A stretch of 64,000 bases of DNA, taken from the sequence record LC597490.1; one strand, written 5' to 3'. This document shows positions 1 through 9,786 of the stretch, piece after piece. The position numbers and the translations under genes were made by a program. The stretch's first letter is position 1, and the number at the start of each line of letters is the position of its first letter. The notes under the pieces are model-generated. The model was not told the origin of the DNA. It searched no databases and saw only the letters and a program-made list of their open reading frames with translations.

Positions 1-3000
1 CCTCCAGTAATGTTCTTGTAATTACCATCTAGTGTAGCAACACCAGCATACACTTTATTCGATGCGTTTCCATTTGTTACAGTTTGTTTTACACGGAATG
101 TCATGCGATATGTTTTATTCGTATCAATTGGAATAGCATTCTTAGAGAAGATTGTTTTACTCATACCAGTTACTTGAAGTACACTACCTCCGCTTGCACC
201 AACACCACTTACTTGTTGGATACCAGGTTGTCCCGCTAATGACACAGGGTTCTCACCTTCAGACACTGGGGAGTACAACATAATGGCTCTTTCGAAGAAT
301 GGGTCTTGCAGTTCTTTAAATGACAAGTTTGGATTATATCCATCTTCGAAAATGTTGTCTGGTCCAATTTGGATTAATTCTGCTTTAATCTTACCAGTGG
401 TGATTGTAGTTCCATCAAAGACAGTTACACCAGGTCGTAATACATCTGATGGAATGTTCTTATTAGTAGTTTCCCAAGGTGGACGCCATTGCATATTGAT
501 TCTTGCTCCGCCAGTACCTTCGAAGTATTCAATAGCAATTGCATTCCATGTACCAGCTTCGAGAGTAACTGTAGCACTTTTATCAGCAGGATCATATGTC
601 GGTACATCCAATATAACAGTATTATTAAGAGTGATTTTTACACCGTCATCAGCTTGAGCAATGATTGTGTAATTACCTGTTTCTTTCGCAAACAAGTATC
701 CTTGCCAACGAACAGAGAAATTATCTACAGTAGGAGCTACAATTCCTGGTCCACCTGTTCCCCAGTTAAATGAGATTACAGGGTCAATCTTTTGACCTGC
801 GTAGTTTTCAAAGTTTCTTCCTCTATAGTAATGACCAGTCAACCCAACCTCACGAGCTGCTATTGTCATATGCTCCGCAGATATGCTTCCAGCTGCAATT
901 TTATCAGCTGTGATTGCACCAACAGCTATGTCTTCATCCGTATGCAGTTGCCACAATGTAGCTACATTTCCTCTTTGAAGCATTGGACGTGCTACCCAGA
1001 ATCGACCATTCTTAGTTGGATAAAATCTAATTCTCATTTTGGTTGTGTCAGCAGGAGCAGTTCCTTTTAATGTATACCTATTCCAAACGTTGTTCTCTTT
1101 TGGATTTATGTTTGCATACAACTGAGGAAGTCTTTCTTCTCCTTTGTAAAACTCCATTACCATAAATGCAGCATTATCAATCGTTGTAAAATCATCTGTT
1201 GTCGTATATACAGAAGCGATAAATTCTTCACCAGCAGCAGTTGGAACGAATTCAGAATAAGCCGAACGCCATACATTCTCTGCATATCCTGACATATCAA
1301 TCTTTAATGTATTGCTATCATTAAATTTTTTCGTAACATCTACTGACCAGAATTTTTCTTTGTTTTCAATGCCTGTCCAATACTTAGGAGTAAAGAACTT
1401 AAATTCTGTTTCATGAAGCAATTGTTGTGCAGACACATTGATGTTCCCAGCATTTACGATTGCTGCATCTAGATTTAAGATTTTGACTTTCGCCGCATCT
1501 AAGTTACCAGTAGTAATAGAGTCAGCTCGAATTTCAAGCTTCGTACCGTTCTTAATGAACATACCTTTGATGTCGTCATTACCTGTTAATTCTTTATAGG
1601 TATTTGTTGCATCAGTTGGCGGCTTCGTTCCAGTGATCTTAGAGTAGTCAGGACCATTACCAGTAATTTTATCCCATGAGATGCTACCACCTTGCATGTT
1701 AATGTTACCAGTAATCGTTAAGTTACCTGTTGTACTATCTACACCGAAGACTACAGCATTATCAGATGTTCTTAAAATCTCGATACCTTTTGTCGCATTC
1801 AGTGTTGTTTTGTTTTTAGAACTTGTAATCACAACACCATTTGCAGTATCAATCTTCACACCGTTGTAATCTGTAGCAGGTTTAATACTGTTGTCAGCAT
1901 TATCATTAATTGTCTTAGCAGTTGTAGAAAGAAGTTTATCCATACTGTCGTATAGTTCTCTCCATTTTAAATCCCAATCTGCTTTTACAATTGTAAGATT
2001 GTTTGCGTTGGCATTATCCCAAGGACGAGGAGAAAGAGTTTCAAGATATGCTTTTAAAGCTACATACTTTGTCTCTACTGCTTTATAGTCAGCATTCGAA
2101 TCTCCTAGTTTCGCTTGTCTTGCTTGTAAACGAACATGGTAAATTTCACCGACTGCACCAGAATCAATAGCAGTAATTGCAGGGAGAGTAGTTCCAGAAG
2201 GAGCTGCACCTAGAAGGAATGTGAGAGAGTCTTTAATCTCTTTTCTTTCAGAAGGAGTTAAGATGTTGTCTTTAGACATATCAGCAATGTCTGTAACAGT
2301 TTTATTCCATTTATCTTTTACTGCTTGTGCTAATTGAGCTTCTGTTAAACCACCTACGATTTCTAAGAAACCATTTGTGATTTTCATTCCGTCACCACTA
2401 ATTACAACGCTACCTTTAGCAGACTCAGCTTTAAAACCAAAGTCTCCCATTGTAATTGCAGTAGGAAGTGGGCCAGCAAGATTTAAATCGTCTCGTAAAC
2501 CTAAGTTAATTAAGTTTGGATTGTATCCATCCTCGAACGTTGTTGTCTTGCCAACACGGATACGAGCTGCATCAATAATACCTGATGTGATTTTTGTAGC
2601 ATCTAAGTTTCCGATTTGAGCATTAGAGATAGCACCATCTGCAATGATTGCACTACCAGCTTTAATCGTACCAACTTGGATATGGTTTGCATTAATTTCC
2701 TGTGCTTTAATCTTATCACCAGTAATAGTCTCAGCAACAATGTGTTTAGCTAATACAGATTCAGCGGCGATAATACGTCCGTCTACTTCACCATCACCAA
2801 TCTTAGGATTCGTAATAGCTCCATCAGTAATACCTTCGTTGTACACACCTTTCTCATCATAGAGAACGGTTTGCCCATCAGCACCACGAACACGGAAACC
2901 ATATTGCGTTCCATCACCATTCACATCACCGATAGATACACGTTCTTTAGGAACTTGGCTTCTATCGAATACTTGCAATCTATTAGACTTAATCTTTAGT

Positions 3001-5102
3001 AATCCATCTGGTCCCTGAACAGTAACTAAACCTGTGTCAATTTGACCAGCTTTGATTTTGTTTGCCGTTAAACTAACGATCTTTGCATCAGTGATACTAG
3101 CATCAGCAATCTGCACAGAGTCGATAGTACCTTCTTTAATAACAGCACCATCAATCTTACCTAAGTCAGCAGAGATAACACCAGTAGCGATATGGATAGC
3201 TTCGATAACATTCGCTTGGATATGTTTCGCATCTAACTCGCCAATAACAGCTGTATTGATTTTAGCAGAGTCGGCATTCATATTTTCAGCATAGATGTTC
3301 ATTGCCTCAACAACATTAGCTTTCATACGTTCTGCTTCGATATCACCAGCAGTGATTTTCTTCGCATTTAAATTACCGATAGCTGCATCTTTGATGACAG
3401 CCTTATCAATAACCGCACTCTCAGCATACAAGTTAATGGCATTGATTACTGCCGCTTGAATACGTTCTGCTGACAAGTTACCTGTCGTAATATTATCGGC
3501 ATTTAAGTTTTTGATGTTCGCTGCTTGAGCTTCGAAGTTAATCGCTTCAATGATGTTAGCCTTGATACGGTCTGCATCAATATCTCCAGCCTTAATGCTT
3601 GTGGCATTTAATTGGTCAATGATAGCACCATGGATGTATGCATCTCCGATTTCAGCATGGTCTGCCGCTAAGTTAATAGCTTTAATAACACTAGCTGTAA
3701 TGCGGTCAGCATCAATCGTACCTGCCGTAATCTTCTTCGCATTTAATTCACCAATGAATGCTTGGTCAATAACCGCTGTACCAATATAAGCATTGATAGC
3801 ATGGATTACGTTTGCACTTAAAGCATCAACAGATACTACACCTTCAAGGTCAGTGTAGTTAAGAGTAGCTAGTTTTTTAATATCTAACTTCTCACTACTT
3901 GGGTCAGCATTGATAGCTTGTAATAAGCGTTGCCCGTTATATGATTTAATTTTTATATCATCAATGGAATTGTTTTGAATGATGTTTCCAGGAATGGATG
4001 ACGGAGGAATATCTATGTGGGAGACAGGAATTTTAGAACCTTCATACTGCCAAGTTTGACTTGTTGTATTTACAGAAAGTTTACCAAGTTCCATTTCACG
4101 AGTAAGTACATCATTCTCTCGAAGAACAATAGGAGCTTCACTTTTCCATGTACCAGATACTAAGCTATATGGATACCATTTATGTTCGTTTACACTTACA
4201 CCATTATTCTCTACAGTTGTACCAAACATATTGATACCATATAGAACTGCTAATTGATGTGCATACTGGAATAATTTCGTAGCGACATCAGTAGGCTTAG
4301 AGGAATCAATTAAAGAGGTTCCCATTACTTGGATGTGGTAAGTCTTACGGTAAGATAAAATCTTATCCATCTTATCTACGAATTCTGGTAGAAGGAAAGA
4401 AGACAATGTGTTTACACCGAAGCCTCTTAGGTGGAGGATGTCGCCCAGCTTCATTCCAGTTGTTAATGCATCTTCATTCATAGAAGCATGATAGTTAGCT
4501 TCCATTACATCTTCCATGTAAGTAGCATAAACAATAGCTCTCATTCCAAGTTCATGAATAGCATCTAAGATGTCTCGTTGCCTACGTCTTGAAACTTCAT
4601 TATCATAACCCATGTTGTCACAATAAATACCGTTAACACCTTTTTCTCTAAAGGTACGAATACGTTGACGAATTTCACCTATTGTTAAACTAGATGAAGT
4701 TGTGCTGGCATCAATGTATCCATATAGATTTGAAGATGCAGTCAGATTAGAAATAATGGCATCAGGCATATCAGATGGTAAAACAACATGCTTAAACTTT
4801 TGAAGGTATGCTATTTTCTTATCATCTGTTAAACCATTTAGATTTGCATATGTTCCAAGATAGAAGAATACAGATGGTGATTGTAGCACGCCGTACCCAC
4901 CTAATGAATCCATTCTGTCTTTTACTGTTGCATGATTTCCTTGTGGCATCACACCAAGAGTTTTTTCAATGGACATAATCCCATCCTGTAACTCATTGAT
5001 GTCTTCCGCCATAACGTAATCACCATTTGGATCGCCATCATATGTTGCATTTGTTTTAGGTACAAATGAATTTATTTTATTTGGATATTCTTCTGACATC
5101 AT
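1..5102 (-). CDS. Giant tail fibre / receptor-binding protein, 3'-truncated at the window edge (at least 1700 aa): N-terminal anchor, glycoside-hydrolase-like barrel, pentapeptide-period repeats, CBM-like domain, PA14 domain
   Basis: Not in the ORF track because there is no stop before position 1. RBS AAGGAGGTG precedes ATG at 5102 (MMSEEYPNKINSF...). Hand translation gives PA14-like GLTGHYYRGRNF...ISFNWG...DNFSVRWQGYL...ADDGVKI...IEYFEGTGGA at about 440-850, a jelly-roll CBM-like segment at about 950-1430, and LNAKKITAG repeats at about 2560-3900. Confidence 0.9.
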   Translation of the reverse strand, partial: MMSEEYPNKINSFVPKTNATYDGDPNGDYVMAEDINELQDGIMSIEKTLGVMPQGNHATVKDRMDSLGGYGVLQSPSVFFYLGTYANLNGLTDDKKIAYLQKFKHVVLPSDMPDAIISNLTASSNLYGYIDASTTSSSLTIGEIRQRIRTFREKGVNGIYCDNMGYDNEVSRRRQRDILDAIHELGMRAIVYATYMEDVMEANYHASMNEDALTTGMKLGDILHLRGFGVNTLSSFLLPEFVDKMDKILSYRKTYHIQVMGTSLIDSSKPTDVATKLFQYAHQLAVLYGINMFGTTVENNGVSVNEHKWYPYSLVSGTWKSEAPIVLRENDVLTREMELGKLSVNTTSQTWQYEGSKIPVSHIDIPPSSIPGNIIQNNSIDDIKIKSYNGQRLLQAINADPSSEKLDIKKLATLNYTDLEGVVSVDALSANVIHAINAYIGTAVIDQAFIGELNAKKITAGTIDADRITASVIKAINLAADHAEIGDAYIHGAIIDQLNATSIKAGDIDADRIKANIIEAINFEAQAANIKNLNADNITTGNLSAERIQAAVINAINLYAESAVIDKAVIKDAAIGNLNAKKITAGDIEAERMKANVVEAMNIYAENMNADSAKINTAVIGELDAKHIQANVIEAIHIATGVISADLGKIDGAVIKEGTIDSVQIADASITDAKIVSLTANKIKAGQIDTGLVTVQGPDGLLKIKSNRLQVFDRSQVPKERVSIGDVNGDGTQYGFRVRGADGQTVLYDEKGVYNEGITDGAITNPKIGDGEVDGRIIAAESVLAKHIVAETITGDKIKAQEINANHIQVGTIKAGSAIIADGAISNAQIGNLDATKITSGIIDAARIRVGKTTTFEDGYNPNLINLGLRDDLNLAGPLPTAITMGDFGFKAESAKGSVVISGDGMKITNGFLEIVGGLTEAQLAQAVKDKWNKTVTDIADMSKDNILTPSERKEIKDSLTFLLGAAPSGTTLPAITAIDSGAVGEIYHVRLQARQAKLGDSNADYKAVETKYVALKAYLETLSPRPWDNANANNLTIVKADWDLKWRELYDSMDKLLSTTAKTINDNADNSIKPATDYNGVKIDTANGVVITSSKNKTTLNATKGIEILRTSDNAVVFGVDSTTGNLTITGNINMQGGSISWDKITGNGPDYSKITGTKPPTDATNTYKELTGNDDIKGMFIKNGTKLEIRADSITTGNLDAAKVKILNLDAAIVNAGNINVSAQQLLHETEFKFFTPKYWTGIENKEKFWSVDVTKKFNDSNTLKIDMSGYAENVWRSAYSEFVPTAAGEEFIASVYTTTDDFTTIDNAAFMVMEFYKGEERLPQLYANINPKENNVWNRYTLKGTAPADTTKMRIRFYPTKNGRFWVARPMLQRGNVATLWQLHTDEDIAVGAITADKIAAGSISAEHMTIAAREVGLTGHYYRGRNFENYAGQKIDPVISFNWGTGGPGIVAPTVDNFSVRWQGYLFAKETGNYTIIAQADDGVKITLNNTVILDVPTYDPADKSATVTLEAGTWNAIAIEYFEGTGGARINMQWRPPWETTNKNIPSDVLRPGVTVFDGTTITTGKIKAELIQIGPDNIFEDGYNPNLSFKELQDPFFERAIMLYSPVSEGENPVSLAGQPGIQQVSGVGASGGSVLQVTGMSKTIFSKNAIPIDTNKTYRMTFRVKQTVTNGNASNKVYAGVATLDGNYKNITG

Positions 5103-5111
5103 TGCACCTCC

Positions 5112-5297
5112 TTATCGTTTTTTTATAATGCCATGTCTACCATCGAAAGGTTTCCATACTCTTTCATTCTCATCGAAGTATTGCATTTCAAAGTACTCGA
5201 TATCTGCATCTTCAAGATAAGACCAAGAGATATAAGTCTTCTCTTGGTCCTTGTCATAGAACTGGCTAATACCGAGGGGGATTCTTTTGTCGTTCAT
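5112..5297 (-). CDS. Small hypothetical protein (61 aa), possibly a beta-sandwich fragment
   Basis: RBS AGAGGAGG upstream; fills the gap between two structural genes; YISWSY...EYFEMQY resembles FN3 strands. Confidence 0.7.
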   Translation of the reverse strand: MNDKRIPLGISQFYDKDQEKTYISWSYLEDADIEYFEMQYFDENERVWKPFDGRHGIIKKR

Positions 5298-5298
5298 A

Positions 5299-8200
5299 TT
5301 ATTCCTCCTCTATGAATTCTACAATTGGGTAAATACCTGCTGCTTTATGCTTATCAACAATGTTTATGACTTCTTCTTCACTGAAGCGGCCGCCATATTC
5401 TTGTAGTACACTACGTGGTACTTTAATAACGATAACACCTTGTTGACTGTAAGCTTCACCATCCCAAGTACCCATATCCCAATGGCTTAATGAATCTGGT
5501 TGTACTTCTTTAATCTGTTGTCTTGAGATTGTCTCTTTCAAGCCGCCACCTCTTGTACGTGCATCCATTACCACAGTATCTTCTACTTGTGTATGTTCTC
5601 GTACATGGACAATAGATAATAGTAAAGCTCGTGGATTCATTTCCTGAATGTGTTTCCACTCTTCTACACTAAAGCAATGACGTACAGTATTGCTACGGTA
5701 AACACCAAATCCATCATGGTAAGGAAGAACATAAATATAAATATCTTTGTTGAGGAGTTTTACACTTGGAACACGCTCATACACAACGTATTCTTTTTCT
5801 CCTTCTTTCTTCTTAACTGGCATTGTAGATACATGCCCAGGTAGTGGATTAAAGTCTAAGTGGAAGAAGATGCCCAAGTTCTCATCGAAGTATCCTTTAT
5901 ACTCGTAGAAGTTTTCTTCGAACATATAGTTTACGTATACTTCATCCTTAAAGCTGATTGGGTCTTTCAGGTAGATACGTCCATTATCAATATCAACATC
6001 TAATACTTCTAGTACTTCATCTTCCGCACAATAGTAATCTGCAAAAATGAAATCGTATTTGTCTTCGTTGAAAATGATTGCGCCATCTGCATAAGAGATT
6101 CTGTAAGCAGTTGTTGGAAGGAGCTGTCTATCTTCTCCTTGGTACACACGAGGGGTTGGGAACGGAAGCCAATTCGCTTGTGTACTACGCCATACTTTTC
6201 TATCCGTAGTCGTTAGACGAACATCACGTTCTTGTTGGTTAGAGAACTTTCTGCGGAACACTTCTAAGTTGTCGTAAGCATAATCTGCTTTAACTTCTCC
6301 TAGAACAGTGTCTTCAAAAATAATATAACCATATTCATAGTCAATATCAAACCCTTCTTTCCAAAGAATGAACTGACCATCACTATTTTCATCGACATAT
6401 ACTTTTACAGGATATGATTTTTTCCATTTGTTTTTAGAAGCAGTGAATATCTTACGTTGCTTATCGTAGCTTCGTAATAACTCTCCCTTAATTTCGCCTT
6501 CATCAATCACAAGTGGAGAATGAGAAACTTGAATCGTACGGTCATCTAAGTAAATAGCTGTTTCCGCATTCTTCTGTCTCAATCCTTTTTTCATGTGGAA
6601 GACTTGTCGGTCATACTCAGGGATCTTGTAGTGCTGCCATCCAAATACACGAGATTGATATCTTTCATAAGCACTCGTATTCTTATATAGTTCTTTCAAC
6701 TCATTGTATCCTAAGTCCTTTTTAATGAATGAACCATTATGAATACGTAAATACCAGTTATCTCTTGTATCGTTTGAGCGTGGACGCTCTACAAAGATTT
6801 GCCCACCTTCACGAGTAGAAACAGAGTAACGACGTTTTGTTGCACCGACAGTGTAGTAATCTGTTTTAGCTTGGACAACAATCTCTGGGCGATGGTCTAC
6901 GTAATATAAATCTAAGTGAGATACAACTGAGTATCCTTCTTTATCGTAGAAGCTTTTACCAGTATCCTTGTTGTAAACAGAAAGGTTGATGTATTGGTTA
7001 TCAATACTAGAACCATCTCCGCCTAAGAAGATTTCATAATACACTTTGTTTTTGTCAGCCCATTTCGCTCCATCAGGTAATGCTGGTAATAACTCCATTA
7101 AAGAACCTAATGTAATCACGCCATCAGCTTTAGAAACTTTACGCTTATACGTTACAAAGTTTCCTGTTTCTTTAATGAATCGTCCTTGCTTGTTACGAGT
7201 GTAAACGAAAGATCGTACTGTAAATACACAATCAAGTGATGGATAATACTTCGCCACATCTACTTGTTGGAATCCTTCACTCTGTAAGTTCATACTTTCC
7301 TCTTTTGGTTTCTTAGCATAAGCATACAATGTACGTTTACCATTTCCAGGAGGAGTCATGAATACAGAGCCGACAGCATACATTCGTAAGAAGTCTGCAT
7401 ATACTGTACCGAATCCATTACCATCAATAAAGCCAATACGGATTTCAATATTCATTGTAGAAGGAACAGTATAAGTTACTTTCACTTTCGTCCATTCTCT
7501 TGTGCCAATTAAGATAGGACTCTCAGCAAGTAGTTCTCCTTTGTCATTAAAGAATCCTACTTTTGCACCTTTACCAGTGGATAATACATCTTTTGTTTTT
7601 AACCAAGTCTCAAGAGTGTATGTGCCTCCGATTACATTCTCTACCATCTGACTCCAGTAAGCGTGTGCGCCATCTTTAGAGTAAAGAGAGATAGATTTGA
7701 ATCCAGATTGCCCACCATTTACTTGGTGTTCGAATAGTGAATCTGCACCAGCTAGACGTTTTACGCTCCAACCTGGAATTGCATCAACTGTATTTTGTGT
7801 CCATTGCTTTACAACAACACCATTTACAATTGTTCCAGATTCGAAGTCTGGGTTAAACAAAGGAACTTCTTGGTCAGATTGGATTTCCATCTTATAGTTC
7901 CCAGTATGGTATTTAAATGACTCAGGAAGATACTGTTGCATCTTCTCATCAATCGTACCTGCAATCTGTTTCTTAGCGACAACAGAAGTTGCATCCTCAT
8001 CATCTTGACCATCTATATACAGAGGGATTCCATTCTCATCTTTGTACTCTTGGAAGAATAAGTTATCACGGTGATATACATAATCTTGAATCCAAGGACT
8101 AGAGATAACTTTGTTCTCTGCCATCCATAACAATGTATTGATTGCATACTGATGGTCTACATCTTCTTCTAAGAAGAGAGCACGCCAGATAGCACAGTTA

Positions 8201-9786
8201 GAAATGATTACTCGTCCTTTATCTAGGAATGTTCTGTATGCAACAGAAGGAGTATTGTTTTCATAAGAGATAAGATGCTTCCATTCCTCTCCCTCACCAA
8301 CACCAAACTTGATTTTCGCATTAACATTATCATAGCCTAGCTCTTTAATCTTCCCATCTGTTAAATACAGTCGTCTTGCAATCTCAGTAGCAACTGGGTC
8401 TGCGCCAACTTTTTTATAAGCTGTTTCATTAACAGTATCAAATGAGAACGAGAAGAATGAAGTATTCTCTTCCTTACTATTATTGAAAGATAAAACTTGT
8501 GTACCTGCACCGCCATTATCAATCCATAATGTACCGCCATGAGATAGGTAGTTTTGTAGAGACTCATTGTATGGAGAAAGATCGAACTTACCATATCCAG
8601 TTAGAATGATAATGTCATAGTCAGTGTATTTCTCACGAGACATATTTAAATCAACAGACCAGTAACTTGGATTCTCTTTTAATAGAGAAAGTAATGGTGG
8701 ATGTGGATTATACATATCTAAATATGGAGGACGATACTTTTCATCATTAAAGATTTTCCATAATGAACCTTCCACATTCTCTACACCTACGATTGTTTCA
8801 TTGAGATAAGCAATACCGATAGATAAGCTACCAGGATTTTCAGGAGTGAATCGAGTTTTTAAATCACCGTGGATACGGTACTTGAAAGAGTGTCCAGGTC
8901 TTGTTGTGTAGTTAGCCACAACTACTTGGCTAGGAGAGTAAACTTCGAAGCTTTGATTCGATTTTTGTTTTACCGTATAAATCTTTTTAAAGATATCTTG
9001 CTTCCATCCTTGTCCATCTTTTGGATTGGATTGCAATTCTTCAATGACAGTAGCGTCTACTTCTTCAAAGAATGGATGTGCTTGCAAGATTTCAACGTTA
9101 TCAGGTTTCAAAGAACCGTCAGCATTGTATCTTTCATATCGGATTACATACGTATTATCTACAGAGTTTTTAAAGTTCGTGTACACATTAACACGGTAAG
9201 CATTGTCAGGTACACCAGTACCAGATGCTTGAACCCACTCTACTTTGAATCGGCAATCACTAGGAATCGGGTCACCGTTTAAAGTTGTAATAGATAATTT
9301 AGAACCCATGTATAAAACATTCTCTCTTTGCTTCACACTTAGTTCATTGTATGAGAAGGTGCGAGAAGGAGGTGCAGCTAGATATCCCTGAGTGTATGGA
9401 ATAACTGCTGCCCCCTTCCCACTCATAAATCCCTTTAAGCTCATCTTGTAATATAAAGGTTGTGGTGTATCCTGATGATAGCGAGGAATAGTAAACTCAT
9501 CAGTCAATATTACACGATTGCTTGGGAGTTCTGATTTACCTTCATTGTCTTGCAATAAGAACGTATCGTTAGGTATCATCATCTGTTCTGATACCTGATA
9601 CACTTCTTTGTTCTCTGGGATATGTTCAGCAAAGCTTTCGACAAAGATGTTGTTTTCTGCGGAGGAATTCTTTGTCTGCACATACCCTAGATTAGCGCTC
9701 ATTCTAGGAAGAGTTTTACCAATTCTAATGCTATGACCTTTATCTTTACCATCTTTTATGATTCTATCTTTATGTGAGCTAGTCAT
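5299..9786 (-). CDS. Large baseplate/tail-appendage protein (1495 aa) with DUF4159/GATase-like and CBM-like domains
   Basis: YDIIILTGYG...LQNYLSHGGTLWIDNGG (class I glutamine-amidotransferase-like fold, about 8090-8700); NPDFESG...IPGW...YWSQ...YTLETWLKT (CBM4/9-like, about 7370-7870); located in the distal-tail cluster. Confidence 0.75.
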   Translation of the reverse strand: MTSSHKDRIIKDGKDKGHSIRIGKTLPRMSANLGYVQTKNSSAENNIFVESFAEHIPENKEVYQVSEQMMIPNDTFLLQDNEGKSELPSNRVILTDEFTIPRYHQDTPQPLYYKMSLKGFMSGKGAAVIPYTQGYLAAPPSRTFSYNELSVKQRENVLYMGSKLSITTLNGDPIPSDCRFKVEWVQASGTGVPDNAYRVNVYTNFKNSVDNTYVIRYERYNADGSLKPDNVEILQAHPFFEEVDATVIEELQSNPKDGQGWKQDIFKKIYTVKQKSNQSFEVYSPSQVVVANYTTRPGHSFKYRIHGDLKTRFTPENPGSLSIGIAYLNETIVGVENVEGSLWKIFNDEKYRPPYLDMYNPHPPLLSLLKENPSYWSVDLNMSREKYTDYDIIILTGYGKFDLSPYNESLQNYLSHGGTLWIDNGGAGTQVLSFNNSKEENTSFFSFSFDTVNETAYKKVGADPVATEIARRLYLTDGKIKELGYDNVNAKIKFGVGEGEEWKHLISYENNTPSVAYRTFLDKGRVIISNCAIWRALFLEEDVDHQYAINTLLWMAENKVISSPWIQDYVYHRDNLFFQEYKDENGIPLYIDGQDDEDATSVVAKKQIAGTIDEKMQQYLPESFKYHTGNYKMEIQSDQEVPLFNPDFESGTIVNGVVVKQWTQNTVDAIPGWSVKRLAGADSLFEHQVNGGQSGFKSISLYSKDGAHAYWSQMVENVIGGTYTLETWLKTKDVLSTGKGAKVGFFNDKGELLAESPILIGTREWTKVKVTYTVPSTMNIEIRIGFIDGNGFGTVYADFLRMYAVGSVFMTPPGNGKRTLYAYAKKPKEESMNLQSEGFQQVDVAKYYPSLDCVFTVRSFVYTRNKQGRFIKETGNFVTYKRKVSKADGVITLGSLMELLPALPDGAKWADKNKVYYEIFLGGDGSSIDNQYINLSVYNKDTGKSFYDKEGYSVVSHLDLYYVDHRPEIVVQAKTDYYTVGATKRRYSVSTREGGQIFVERPRSNDTRDNWYLRIHNGSFIKKDLGYNELKELYKNTSAYERYQSRVFGWQHYKIPEYDRQVFHMKKGLRQKNAETAIYLDDRTIQVSHSPLVIDEGEIKGELLRSYDKQRKIFTASKNKWKKSYPVKVYVDENSDGQFILWKEGFDIDYEYGYIIFEDTVLGEVKADYAYDNLEVFRRKFSNQQERDVRLTTTDRKVWRSTQANWLPFPTPRVYQGEDRQLLPTTAYRISYADGAIIFNEDKYDFIFADYYCAEDEVLEVLDVDIDNGRIYLKDPISFKDEVYVNYMFEENFYEYKGYFDENLGIFFHLDFNPLPGHVSTMPVKKKEGEKEYVVYERVPSVKLLNKDIYIYVLPYHDGFGVYRSNTVRHCFSVEEWKHIQEMNPRALLLSIVHVREHTQVEDTVVMDARTRGGGLKETISRQQIKEVQPDSLSHWDMGTWDGEAYSQQGVIVIKVPRSVLQEYGGRFSEEEVINIVDKHKAAGIYPIVEFIEEE

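Noticed and set aside
1-5102. Diversity-generating retroelement acting on the fibre
   Set aside because: No reverse transcriptase and no template/variable repeat pair with adenine-specific mismatches are visible. The only repeat is a 26-nt junction with synonymous changes. The fibre C-terminus lies outside the window, so this cannot be excluded there.
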